The notes under the pieces are model-generated. The model was given only the letters and a program-made list of their open reading frames with translations. It had not been told where the DNA came from and did not search any database. The position numbers and the translations under genes were made by a program. A stretch of 60,356 nucleotides of DNA from Spirochaetia bacterium. GTDB taxonomy: Bacteria; Spirochaetota; Spirochaetia; CADAEX01. Position 1 is the stretch's first letter, and the number at the start of each line of letters is the position of its first letter. Positions 22,097 to 32,210 of the stretch are shown here, one piece after another. Location: contig CAXXHA010000005.1 of NCBI GenBank assembly GCA_963662265.2, positions 1 to 60,356 on the forward strand, written 5' to 3'.

Positions 22097-22978
22097 TTAC
22101 TGATAGTAAACTTTACGGCCGGTGGTTCTAAACTGCATCATGGTGAGCAGCACCACTATGGTAAACAGGATAAGACTCTCTGCTGCAGCGTAGCCGGTTT
22201 TGGCATTGACGAAAAAGTCGCGGTAAAGATGGTAGATGAGAATGTTGGTCGAGTTTGCCGGTCCCCCTTCTGTAAGAACATCTATAAGGCCGAAAGACTG
22301 AAAGTATGAATAGATAATATTCATGATGAGAAGGAAAAAAGTTGTTGGCGAAAGCATTGGAAAAGTAATATAGAAAAATCTCTTTACAGTTCCCGCCCCG
22401 TCTATAGTTGCAGATTCAATAGCTTCTCTCTGCACATTCTGAAGCCCTGCAAGGTAAAAAATGATATTGTACCCGAGGTTTTTCCACGTCGCAGCCACTG
22501 TTACGATGATAATAGCAAGTGATCCGTTTGTAAGCCATTCAGGGTTGAGACCTGTTGCTGCCTTGAAAAAATAGTTCATATAACCATTGGCAGGATTGAA
22601 GAGGAAACGGAATATGGCTCCCGATATGGCCGGGGAAAGCGCATATGGCCAGATTAGAAGGGAGCGGTATATCTTGATCCCTTTCACATCCTGATTAAGC
22701 ATCAGGGCAATCATAAGACTGATGCTTAAGCCTGCCAGTACTACTGCGAGTGAGAAAACAACTGAGATAATAAAGCTTTTGATATATACTTCGTTAGTGA
22801 ACAGTTTGTGAAAATTGTAAAAACCCGCAAATATTTTCTTTAAGCCGAAAGGATGTACCTTGTAAAAGCTCAACCGGAATGTCTCGAAAGCGGGATAAAA
22901 AAGAAATACTATCAGGATAACGAATGTGGGCAGCAGCAGTATATACGGCAGCCGCTTATCCCCGAAATAAGACTGCAT
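22097..22978 (-). CDS. ABC permease (UgpA-like)
   Basis: WKNLGYN, ESATIDGA and TFPMLSPTTFF. Confidence 0.85.
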   Translation of the reverse strand: MQSYFGDKRLPYILLLPTFVILIVFLFYPAFETFRLSFYKVHPFGLKKIFAGFYNFHKLFTNEVYIKSFIISVVFSLAVVLAGLSISLMIALMLNQDVKGIKIYRSLLIWPYALSPAISGAIFRFLFNPANGYMNYFFKAATGLNPEWLTNGSLAIIIVTVAATWKNLGYNIIFYLAGLQNVQREAIESATIDGAGTVKRFFYITFPMLSPTTFFLLIMNIIYSYFQSFGLIDVLTEGGPANSTNILIYHLYRDFFVNAKTGYAAAESLILFTIVVLLTMMQFRTTGRKVYYQ

Positions 22979-23006
22979 AATACTTTTCCTTTTTTAATCT
23001 TAATAA

Positions 23007-23029
23007 CGGGCGGTATAAAATGCCGCCCG
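23007..23029 (-). terminator. Intercistronic hairpin after the binding-protein gene (stabiliser or partial terminator)
   Basis: cgggcggta-taaaa-tgccgcccg. Confidence 0.55.
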
Positions 23030-23046
23030 CTTTGAAATAAAAATAA

Positions 23047-24402
23047 TTATTCTATCAGTTCGTTCCACTCAAGTATTGATTCTGTTGTCTTCTGCGCAGC
23101 TTCATCCAGAGCTTCCTGCACAGACATTTCTCCTGCATAAACTTTCTGAATTCCGGTCTCAATAAGTGAACGGGCTTCGGGGAACACCCCCATGAAGGAT
23201 CCTGCTGTATTGAGTGTGTAGGGACTCTCCAGAAGCTGATCAAAGGCGGTACGGAAATTAGGATTTTCTTCAAACCAGCCCTCTTTTTCCAGCTTTTCCA
23301 TCGCAGTCTTTCGCACAGGGAAGTACCCGGTACCTTTATGCCACCTTACCTGCGGCCCGTCACTGGATATGTATTTTACTAGTTTCAGCGCTGCCAGAAG
23401 CTCTTCATCAGGATGATTATTGGTCAGCCAGAGTGTACCTCCGCCGATTGTAACGCCGCCTTTTGCATCTTTAGGTCTGGGTATATAACCGGTTCCCATT
23501 TCCCATCCTTTTTCCTTAAGCAGCCCTGTCAGCTGATTTACATCGGATGTTGAAGACATTACCATTGCAACTTCACCTGAACCGAATGCTGCCCTGTGGT
23601 TAGCCCAACCAGGTCCGACATCAAGAAACAGTCCGTCCTTTTCCATTCCTGTCCACCAATCAAGGATCTGCTTACCTGCCTTGCCGTTGAACAGAGCTTT
23701 TGTGGGATATTTGCCCTTTCTGCCGTTATCATTATTGACGAAAGGAGCATCCATCAAGCAGTGGAACTCCTCAAAGTACCAGCTGTGCAGGTTCCAGGTG
23801 ATTGGTGCTTTCAGCTGCGGAAGTTTATCTTTAAGGATTTTTGAATATTCAATTACTTCAGCAAATGTTTTAGGCGGTTTTTCAGGATCCAGCCCTGCCT
23901 GTTTGAAGTATGTTTTGTTGTAGTACATAAGCGGTGTCGATGAATTGAATGGCATTGAATAATGTTTTCCGTCTATGGTGTAGTAGTTTCTGACAGGCGA
24001 GAAAAAATCGTCCCAGTCTATCGGGTCCCAGTCTTCAATTTCATAGATTGGAGTAACTATACCGCTGTTTGCCATCTGAAGGGTTCCAATTTCGTAGATA
24101 TGAAACACATGCGGAGCATTACCTGCTTTTGAAGCTGCTTTTACCTTGTTAAGTGTGTCGTTGTATGAACCGGTGTATTGTACATCAACGGTGATGTTTG
24201 GATTCTCCTTCATGAAGTCATCGACAATACCCTGGATGAGCTCAATCCTCGCCCCGCCCATGGCATGCCAGAACTGGATCGATACAGGTTTTGTGATTTC
24301 AACCTTTTCAGCTTCCTTTTTAGGAGCCTCCTTTTTACCGCCCGCAAAGAGCGGGAACACAAGTATTACTATGCTGCACAATAAAAGTGTTAATTTTTTC
24401 AT
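23047..24402 (-). CDS. ABC substrate-binding protein (UgpB-like)
   Basis: Signal MKKLTLLL..FAGGKKE, FWHAMGG, PFNSSTP and TGYFP; start taken at ATG 24402. Confidence 0.88.
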   Translation of the reverse strand: MKKLTLLLCSIVILVFPLFAGGKKEAPKKEAEKVEITKPVSIQFWHAMGGARIELIQGIVDDFMKENPNITVDVQYTGSYNDTLNKVKAASKAGNAPHVFHIYEIGTLQMANSGIVTPIYEIEDWDPIDWDDFFSPVRNYYTIDGKHYSMPFNSSTPLMYYNKTYFKQAGLDPEKPPKTFAEVIEYSKILKDKLPQLKAPITWNLHSWYFEEFHCLMDAPFVNNDNGRKGKYPTKALFNGKAGKQILDWWTGMEKDGLFLDVGPGWANHRAAFGSGEVAMVMSSTSDVNQLTGLLKEKGWEMGTGYIPRPKDAKGGVTIGGGTLWLTNNHPDEELLAALKLVKYISSDGPQVRWHKGTGYFPVRKTAMEKLEKEGWFEENPNFRTAFDQLLESPYTLNTAGSFMGVFPEARSLIETGIQKVYAGEMSVQEALDEAAQKTTESILEWNELIE

Positions 24403-24908
24403 ACGTCTTTCCTCCAAAAAAAAATCAACCACAAGCTTATCGTACAAGCTTAAACTAAAAGCTTACCGTAAAAGCTCATAGTATGACCGTTTTATACGGC
24501 CATTGCGGCTTTAAATGCTGCCGCCGGCATTTTTATTTTTCAGGGTTTTTAATGAAATAACAGTTTTTCAGCAATATTGCTCTTGATAAAACACTTTTCA
24601 GGCAGTCCAGCTGTTTTGAGAACATAATATAGGTTCTGATAACTTAAATATTCATTTAAAGAAATACACAATGTCATTTATTTGGATAAAATCATGCGTT
24701 ATTTATTTTTATATCTAAACTCGGTAAAATAATTGTAAAGGCACATGACTACTTTTTATCATTCCCCCTTAATTATTTGAATAAATTAAGTACTATATTA
24801 ATATTTATGACGATTTTATTTGTTTGTCAAATTTTTTATATATGTAGATTATATCTTAGCAAATATATAATTCTGCAGTGTAAAAAAGCCATTGATCAAG
24901 TGAGTAAG

Positions 24909-25874
24909 CTACGCTGCTTTATCCGGCCGTTGAGTTCTTAACGCATCAATTATTTCCCTGCTTGTGGGTAATCGAAGGATTTTTCCGGATGAATCTGATT
25001 TTACAATATCCCTAAGAATCTTCAGTTCAGTACGGTTCAGTACAACCCACTGTTCTCCTGATTCTGCATAAGGATGCTGTTCGTTCATTATTTTATTGAA
25101 ACTGAAATCCCCGTCTTTGTGTTCAATTCCGGGAAAATATTCCTGACGGATTTTGGAAAGACTTTCCTGATTTATTCCGGTTTTTACAAGGAATGCCCAG
25201 CATGTATCTGTAACAGCAAGATATACTCCCGGAAAACTCAGCCTGAACGATATCAATTCAAAATGTTTTACAGTTTCCGGCCGTTTGTACGGAGGGAAAA
25301 AAAGATATTGATCCGATCTGCTTTTCCTGAAAGGGAGCTTATAAGAACTGCGGAGTTCAAAATGATCTTTATCAAAATTATGATTATTTTTACGGTACTC
25401 AAATGCGGCATTACAGAGTTCTTCCCAATCAAGTGATATATTGAAGCTGTTTTCCATAAGACTGTAACGCTTTTCAAACCAGATTATCATTTCTGTGTTA
25501 AAAGGTATCAGAGAAGTGAACTTATCTTTAGAAAATGCATCAATGTACCAGCAGTTATGAGCATCGTAGGATTTGCAAATCATGCTCTGATGTGATACCC
25601 CATGAATAGAACACTTACCTGAGTCGCTGTCTAGAAAACGGCAGTTTCTATTAAGGTATATGATCCACTCTCCTGATCTCTTCAACGCCGGAAAAAATCC
25701 GTTGTAGCATGAAAGCAGGCTCAGGTTTACAAAATCGCTTCGATTCTTCATGTAAAACGGAACAAAAGGAAGGTTCCTGCAGCAGGGACTCCCGTTGCAA
25801 TGAGCACAAGGTGATTCTGACCAGGGATTCTGCCTTACTTCAAGCTTACCCGGCAGGGATATCTTATCTTTCAT
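24909..25874 (-). CDS. YkgJ-like cysteine-cluster protein
   Basis: CxxCxxxxCC...CRFL...CSIH...CKSY. Confidence 0.65.
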   Translation of the reverse strand: MKDKISLPGKLEVRQNPWSESPCAHCNGSPCCRNLPFVPFYMKNRSDFVNLSLLSCYNGFFPALKRSGEWIIYLNRNCRFLDSDSGKCSIHGVSHQSMICKSYDAHNCWYIDAFSKDKFTSLIPFNTEMIIWFEKRYSLMENSFNISLDWEELCNAAFEYRKNNHNFDKDHFELRSSYKLPFRKSRSDQYLFFPPYKRPETVKHFELISFRLSFPGVYLAVTDTCWAFLVKTGINQESLSKIRQEYFPGIEHKDGDFSFNKIMNEQHPYAESGEQWVVLNRTELKILRDIVKSDSSGKILRLPTSREIIDALRTQRPDKAA

Positions 25875-25916
25875 TTTTGTATCTCTCTGTTAAAAAGTTA
25901 TACTCAGGAATAAGCA

Positions 25917-26336
25917 ATGTGTAAAGTATTTTATCTTTTATTCTTATTGGCGGCTGTTTCTCTTGCCGCACAGAACAAAACAGCCCTGATTATAGCCAAC
26001 GGCAATTACAATATATTTTCCAAATCTTCTGATGCATATGCGGTTGTCAGGAATAATGGGTCAACACATCCTGTAGGGAAGAAACAGCCCAACGAACTTG
26101 GCATTCTTGACATGTCAGGTAATGCGGCTGAATGGTGCTGGGACTGGGCACATTCGTATAAAAAAGGCAGCGTGACAGATCCTGCCGGGCCTGCATCGGC
26201 AACTAACCGTATCTACCGGGGCGGTCACTGGGCTTACCAGGGTACATCCTGCAGGATTGCATCCCTGGTTCTTTTCTTCAGACCTAACTATAATATTTTT
26301 ACACTTGGTTTCCGTGTAGTAAGAACTGCGAAGTAG
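25917..26336 (+). pseudogene. Internally deleted SUMF1/FGE-sulfatase-domain gene
   Basis: Signal peptide and caspase-like first strand ALIIANGNY joined directly to FGE C-terminal motifs HPVG..PNELGILDMSGN..EW...RGG.W...GFRVV. Confidence 0.65.
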
Positions 26337-26430
26337 CGCAATTTACTTTATTTAAAAAATTATAATCCTCACTACTCAAAGAATCTCTTGAATAATAACA
26401 TTTTGGCAATTTGAATAAAAACTGTTTACT

Positions 26431-27495
26431 TTATTTCTGCAACTTGTTGATCACACCTATCATAAACCTGAGACCTTTACTCTTATAAGATACATCATTA
26501 AAATTTCCTATCAAATAAGTATCCAGTTCCGGATGGTAAAACATAAACGCCCCTGTTACACCAACACATCCCCAGCAGTTATACTTTTCAGGCATAAGGA
26601 CCGGAATTGTTTTAAACTGCCAGATGCCGTAACCGTAATCTATTCCAAAATATAATTTATCTGAATCATTCTTCATTGTCTCTAAAGTTTCTTTTGAAAC
26701 AATTTGACCTGAAACTAAAGCCTTCATGAATTTAAGTAAATCCTCATTTGTAGCTACAACTCCGCCGCCAGTATAGTCAAGTCCTGCAAAGTTTTTAAAA
26801 TCATTTACTGTTGTCCCGTCAATGCTGAAATTTGCAATTGGATATGTGTTTTCTTTCATGGGATCAGAATAGTGAAGCATGGATGAATTCTCCATTCCAA
26901 GCGGAACAAAAATAAAATCCTTCAATACTTCATGGAATTCTTTACCAGTGATATTTTCAATAATTAAACCTAAAAGGTGATAATTAGTATCTGTATATTT
27001 TATCTTTTTCCCGGGCGGGCAATAAGGTTTTAAATTATTTTTACCCCATATAACAGCTTCACGGGGACTTATCTTAAATTCCCTGTCTTCAAGAATCTTA
27101 TCAAGCAGGGGCCAGAAATTATCATAAAGACCTGATGTTTGTTTTAACAGATGTTTGATTTTTATACTATTTGTATACTCTTCACCCTTGTAAACATGAA
27201 GCTTATTCAGCAATTCGTCATCTAAGAATTTGCTGATGCTGTCTTCAAAGGACAGCTCCCCTTTTTCATATAAGATACTGATTACAGTTGATGTGAATAA
27301 TTTACCAACACTGGCCATATAATTAGGCTGCTGAGGATTTGCAGGCATATCACCGGTTGAACCTTCCGCAATATTCATATGAAAATCCAATTTTTCCGAA
27401 TGAACCAGTAAATAAGCATTCTGAACCTTAGAATCGTTTCGTACCTGTTTTCTGAACATGTCTTCGATTGATTTTTTTATTTCATCTTTTGACAT
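26431..27495 (-). CDS. Serine hydrolase, beta-lactamase-like family
   Basis: SxxK (SVGK), LLKQTSG and YTDTNY. Confidence 0.88.
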   Translation of the reverse strand: MSKDEIKKSIEDMFRKQVRNDSKVQNAYLLVHSEKLDFHMNIAEGSTGDMPANPQQPNYMASVGKLFTSTVISILYEKGELSFEDSISKFLDDELLNKLHVYKGEEYTNSIKIKHLLKQTSGLYDNFWPLLDKILEDREFKISPREAVIWGKNNLKPYCPPGKKIKYTDTNYHLLGLIIENITGKEFHEVLKDFIFVPLGMENSSMLHYSDPMKENTYPIANFSIDGTTVNDFKNFAGLDYTGGGVVATNEDLLKFMKALVSGQIVSKETLETMKNDSDKLYFGIDYGYGIWQFKTIPVLMPEKYNCWGCVGVTGAFMFYHPELDTYLIGNFNDVSYKSKGLRFMIGVINKLQK

Positions 27496-27513
27496 TTCTA
27501 CTTCCTTTCCTGT

Positions 27514-28236
27514 TTAATTCTTCTGTAAATTATTTATTAACTCTTGTGCAAGTTCAATGTTTTCAGTCCAGTTTTCTTTTTTTGCCTTTCTTAGTCCCTT
27601 TTTATAAAGCTTTTTTCCTTTTCCGGAATCTTCTCTCATAATTACCAGGCCCTTTAGTATATCATATAATCCATTATCCTCATTCTGGTTATAAATATTA
27701 TTATATTTAAATAATATTTTATCTGCTTCTTTAATGCGTTTCTGGAATATGTTTATTGCTGCCATATAGAGTAAAAAGAAACCTGCTTTACTGTATTTCA
27801 ATTCATTTGACATGTTATATGCATTTTCATATGATTTTTCAGCTTCTTCGTATTTTTTCAATTTCTGATAGCCCTGTCCCTGATACCAGAACCACCAGCA
27901 GTTGTTTTCACTTTTCTTTTTATCTTTCATGATCCGATCTTGATAAAAATCTATTGCCTTCTGTGTTGAAGTTCCATACAGAAAACACAGATGCATATTT
28001 TCCTCTATCTGATTTTTCATTTCAGCATCTAAAGAGATATTTTCCAGAATTGTTTCAAATTCATGAAGTGCTTTATCGTATTCTTTTAAATAATATAGAC
28101 AGGCAGCTATTGATCTTCTTGCATACAGGTAATCTTTATAAGTTATATTTTTTCTATCAATGTTCTGATAGTATTTTAAAGCAGATTTATACTTTCCCTT
28201 TTTTTCCAGTTTTATAGCTTTCTGTAGATTACCCAC
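27514..28236 (-). CDS. TPR protein
   Basis: TPR-like helical repeats. Confidence 0.7.
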   Translation of the reverse strand: MGNLQKAIKLEKKGKYKSALKYYQNIDRKNITYKDYLYARRSIAACLYYLKEYDKALHEFETILENISLDAEMKNQIEENMHLCFLYGTSTQKAIDFYQDRIMKDKKKSENNCWWFWYQGQGYQKLKKYEEAEKSYENAYNMSNELKYSKAGFFLLYMAAINIFQKRIKEADKILFKYNNIYNQNEDNGLYDILKGLVIMREDSGKGKKLYKKGLRKAKKENWTENIELAQELINNLQKN

Positions 28237-28445
28237 TGATTTTTCCTTTTTTTAAACTTTATTCCTTTGCCCCATTCCCTCTTTTGGCAATTTTGAGCAA
28301 TAATTAAAAATGCTTCTTTCAGTTTATTAATCTGAAAAACCACATATTTATTTCCTTGTGAAAATCAATGGTTAAAATCATGATAAAAAGAAATCCTCTT
28401 ATTGAATTCGTAAATATTTTACAGGCTCTACTTTAAACAAAAACA

Positions 28446-29636
28446 CTATATTATCTTTTTCAGTAGAATTTCTGCAGGCATATAATCTTTTTCAAGACTT
28501 AATACATACTTGAGATCTGAAACTGCTTTTTCTTTATTTCCTGCTTCATAATATATCTCGCCTCTGGCAGTAAGATATTCAAGATTAAATGGATCTTTAT
28601 CAATACATTTTTCAAGATCAATTAAAGCATCATCATATTTTTTATTAACTCTTGAATTCATAGCGAGGTAGTATCTTGCAGAAGTATTTTCTGGATCAAG
28701 TTCTAGCGCTTTATTAAAATCATTTATAGCATTTTCAATTTGACCGCTGCTATAATAAGCCATTCCGCGGTGTACATGAATTATTGTTTTAATATTACTT
28801 CTAATATCTCTATTCAGTATTCTGGTATAGATATTTATTGCTTCATTGTAATTTTCTTTGTTGTGTGCTGTCAGTCCTTTAAGAAGCAGAGTATCAACTG
28901 TTTCGTATGTTTCATATTTATTCTTATCACTGATATTTCTTTTCTCTTCCCGACTATTAGGAGATAATATTATTTTTTGAAAATTCTTACGCCGCTGTTT
29001 AAGCGCTTTATGAAATTCCTTTTGATAATCACGTATTTCCTGAAATGTAATATCAGAAAGAGTCAGGTTTGCATTAAGAGCGGCAAGTTTTCTTTTAAGC
29101 GGTTCATCAAGCGGAGAAAAATCAGATTTGTAAATTATCTCATGTTCTACTTCAGCCCATGCATCCTGCAGAATTGTCCGTACCTGGACTTCACAAACAC
29201 TGCTGTTATTATTATCCCGAAGACTTCCGTGAAGACAGTTTTCAGGTATGCGGACAAGAAAATGTACCGATTCATAACCGAACCTGTGATATGGATAATC
29301 AGATCCTTTGATATCAAATTCATCTACTATGAATGTCTTATTAAGTATTTTTGAGACTTCATCAACATCCTGTAGAAAAGGACAAATAATTCTTATTCCC
29401 AGTATATCTGTAACTTTTATTGTGTCTGTTTTTGAAGCAATACGAAGCATTTTTTTATAAAGACTTTGAAATGATTTTATTCTGATTTTTATAGTATAGT
29501 TTATATTATTTTCCTTCAAAGTTTTATTAACAGCTTCAGAAAGATCTTTAATAGTTTTTTCATAATCTTTTATTTTATCAGTATATAATATTTCGAGATT
29601 TTTTTTGGAAGGCAGAGGATTCTTTACACTAAACAT
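28446..29636 (-). CDS. RelA/SpoT synthetase-domain protein with C-terminal TPRs
   Basis: RIKS, DILGIRI, GYESVH and EVQVRT..QDAWAEVEH followed by TPRs. Confidence 0.88.
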   Translation of the reverse strand: MFSVKNPLPSKKNLEILYTDKIKDYEKTIKDLSEAVNKTLKENNINYTIKIRIKSFQSLYKKMLRIASKTDTIKVTDILGIRIICPFLQDVDEVSKILNKTFIVDEFDIKGSDYPYHRFGYESVHFLVRIPENCLHGSLRDNNNSSVCEVQVRTILQDAWAEVEHEIIYKSDFSPLDEPLKRKLAALNANLTLSDITFQEIRDYQKEFHKALKQRRKNFQKIILSPNSREEKRNISDKNKYETYETVDTLLLKGLTAHNKENYNEAINIYTRILNRDIRSNIKTIIHVHRGMAYYSSGQIENAINDFNKALELDPENTSARYYLAMNSRVNKKYDDALIDLEKCIDKDPFNLEYLTARGEIYYEAGNKEKAVSDLKYVLSLEKDYMPAEILLKKII

Positions 29637-29789
29637 ATTATTTAAATCCTGTTTATTATTGTGATATCAATATTATTATAACAACAAAATGTGAAATCAA
29701 TAAACTCTTTATCATTTTTTCCTATAATATTGCATTTTAAAATATATTATGCATTATTAACAGTAAAGCTTCTTTAATTTGCAGTAAAG

Positions 29790-29949
29790 ATCCATAGTTC
29801 CAGTACGAATTCTTTTCTTTGATCCATAACATAAGCCTCCTTCCAGGGCATTTCTTTCCTCCCTTTTTTATTAAGGGTTTTGGAAAGATTCCTGTAAAAT
29901 TGTTACCCATGTCCTGAAGTTAAATCGTTACCCATGTCCTGGTTGGACA
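29790..29949 (-). mobile_element. IS481-family left-end remnant
   Basis: Minus strand begins TGT; 15-bp direct repeat gttacccatgtcctg at 29902-29916 and 29927-29941; RBS and ATG 29851 encode MPWKEAYVMDQRKEFV, then truncate. Confidence 0.75.
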
Positions 29950-30177
29950 GTTGTATAGCCGGCAAGTAGAAGTCATTCTTTGTATTTCAGGGATCTCCAT
30001 TTTCTTCCATGTTAAATTTCCCTGGATCCTTTCCTTAAATTAATTTACGACATTCCCCGGATTTTTTACTGAAACTATTAAAGATCTAAATCCTTATATT
30101 TAATGAAACTATTCAGAAAAACACAGTTTACATGAAAGTACCATACATATATATTTTTTTTAATAAAATACAGGCAT

Positions 30178-30211
30178 AAAAAAAGCGTGCCTTTCATCAG
30201 ACACGCTTTTT
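30178..30211. terminator. Intrinsic terminator of the sugar ABC operon
   Basis: aaaaagcgtg...cacgcttttt. Confidence 0.8.
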
Positions 30212-30228
30212 ATTATTAAGAAATCAGC

Positions 30229-31155
30229 CTACTGAAAATCAGCAACGTTTTCTTTTGTAATAAGAGTATGTCCTACCATGATTTCAGCAGGAACTTCTTC
30301 GCCGTTTACAAGTTTAACAAGCGCTTCCATTGCAGCAAGACCCTGAGCTTCTGTACTCTGTGATACAGTAGCTGAAAGTCTTCCTTCTGCTACAGCTGCA
30401 AGAGCATCAGCAGTAGCGTCTAATCCGAAAATCTTGATCTGATCGAGTTTCTTTGCATCTTCAACAGCTTTGAGAGCACCCATTGCCATACCGTCATTGT
30501 TAGCTACAATAGCTGAAAGTTCAACACCTGTCTGGAGCCAGTTTTCTGCAAGTTTAAGAGCTTCATCTGTTCTCCAGTTTGCTGACTGTTCATAAACAAC
30601 TTCGATTTCAGGATAATCTTTAAGAACATTGTAGTAACCTTTTGTTCTACCGATCTGTGCGTCTGATCCAAGAGGGCCGAGAAGGAAAGCAATCTTGCCT
30701 TTTCCGCCGATAGCTTTAACAGCATATTTCATTTCAATTTCGCCGCCTTCAACATGCTCAACACCTACGAAAGCTTTTGCAAGTTCCTGGTTTGTAATCC
30801 TCTGGTTAATTGTAACAAGCGGAACACCTGCTTTGTTGGCAGCAGTAACTGCAGGTTTGATTCCGTCTACAGATGCAGGCTCAATAAGGATACCTGCATA
30901 TCCCTGGTTGATAGCTGATTCTACCTGGCTGATCTGTTTTGAAACATCCTGTCCGCCGTCAAAAACTACAAGTTCAACACCGAGTTCTTCAGCAGCAGCT
31001 TTTACTGCATTTGAAAGTGTAATTGTGAATGAATTTGTCATATGACTCATCATTAAAGCATACTTGTCTACATCTGATTCCTTTTTTCCCCCTGCGAAAA
31101 CTGCAGTAGACATAACAAGCATTATTACCAGAACTATAAGAACTACTTTTCTCAT
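30229..31155 (-). CDS. Sugar ABC substrate-binding protein (RbsB-like)
   Basis: Signal peptide, ANNDGMAMGA and GLDA. Confidence 0.9.
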   Translation of the reverse strand: MRKVVLIVLVIMLVMSTAVFAGGKKESDVDKYALMMSHMTNSFTITLSNAVKAAAEELGVELVVFDGGQDVSKQISQVESAINQGYAGILIEPASVDGIKPAVTAANKAGVPLVTINQRITNQELAKAFVGVEHVEGGEIEMKYAVKAIGGKGKIAFLLGPLGSDAQIGRTKGYYNVLKDYPEIEVVYEQSANWRTDEALKLAENWLQTGVELSAIVANNDGMAMGALKAVEDAKKLDQIKIFGLDATADALAAVAEGRLSATVSQSTEAQGLAAMEALVKLVNGEEVPAEIMVGHTLITKENVADFQ

Positions 31156-31217
31156 AAAACTAAACCTCCTGAGTTATGAGTAATATTATAAAAAAACAGC
31201 TATGCTGCTTTTTTTGC

Positions 31218-32210
31218 CTATGTTGTTTTTTCCTTGCCCTTTACATCAAGAAGAACAGCCACAATAATTATTGCCCCTTTGATAACCAGCTGATAATGGG
31301 AAGATACATTAAGTATATCAAGACCGTTTCCGATAACTGCAATCAGAAGTGCTCCGATTACTGTTCCGTACCACTTGCCTGAACCGCCTGACATACTCAC
31401 CCCCCCGATAATTACAGCAGCAATTGCATCCAGCTCATATGACTGACCTGCTGTAGGAATACCTGATACTGTCCGGGAGGCAAGAAGAAGGCCTGCAAAA
31501 CCTGCAAGCATACCTGAAATCATGTAAACCATTATTCTGATTTTTTCCACTTTGATTCCTGAAAATGCTGCAGAGATTTCATTTCCACCGATCGCATAAA
31601 CCCTTCTTCCGAATACTGATTTAGTCAGTATATACGCGCTGAAAATTGTTATGGTGATAAAGTAAACGACAAGGAGCGGAATTGTATCAAAAAGGAAAGC
31701 ACCTGCAATTGCTTCAAACTCATCAGTAACTCCGAATACCGGAGCACCGCCGCTGACAATCAGGGCAGCACCGCGAATTATTGTCATCATACCCAGAGTT
31801 ACAATAAACGGAGGGATCTTTCCGTATGCAATACCTACACCGTTAAACCAGCCGATTAAAAGACCGATCGATACTGCAAGAATAATCGGTACTATCAGCG
31901 GATATTCTCCCGGATGTGCAAAGCTTGCTGCAACAACGCCGGTTAACGCGACTATTGATCCTACAGAAAGGTCGATACCGCCTGAGATAATAACAAACAT
32001 CATTCCCATTGCAAGAATTCCGTTTATAGATGCCTGTTTGAATATATTCATCAGGTTTGCAGGTCTTGCAAAAGCATTAGGCGACAATATCATGAGTATT
32101 GCCAGAATTACTGCAAATACAATAACTATACCCAGCTCCCGCATAAGCTGCCTATTCATAACATTATTCAGTTTCTTCATTTTCATTTCCTCTATTGAAT
32201 TGAGACGCAT
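31218..32210 (-). CDS. Sugar ABC permease (RbsC-like)
   Basis: GGIDLSVG, PPFIVTLG and YELDAIAAVIIGG. Confidence 0.92.
   Translation of the reverse strand: MRLNSIEEMKMKKLNNVMNRQLMRELGIVIVFAVILAILMILSPNAFARPANLMNIFKQASINGILAMGMMFVIISGGIDLSVGSIVALTGVVAASFAHPGEYPLIVPIILAVSIGLLIGWFNGVGIAYGKIPPFIVTLGMMTIIRGAALIVSGGAPVFGVTDEFEAIAGAFLFDTIPLLVVYFITITIFSAYILTKSVFGRRVYAIGGNEISAAFSGIKVEKIRIMVYMISGMLAGFAGLLLASRTVSGIPTAGQSYELDAIAAVIIGGVSMSGGSGKWYGTVIGALLIAVIGNGLDILNVSSHYQLVIKGAIIIVAVLLDVKGKEKTT

Noticed and set aside
24482-24535. Hairpins upstream of the UgpB-like gene
   Set aside because: Short, imperfect stems with no recognisable motif; insufficient support.
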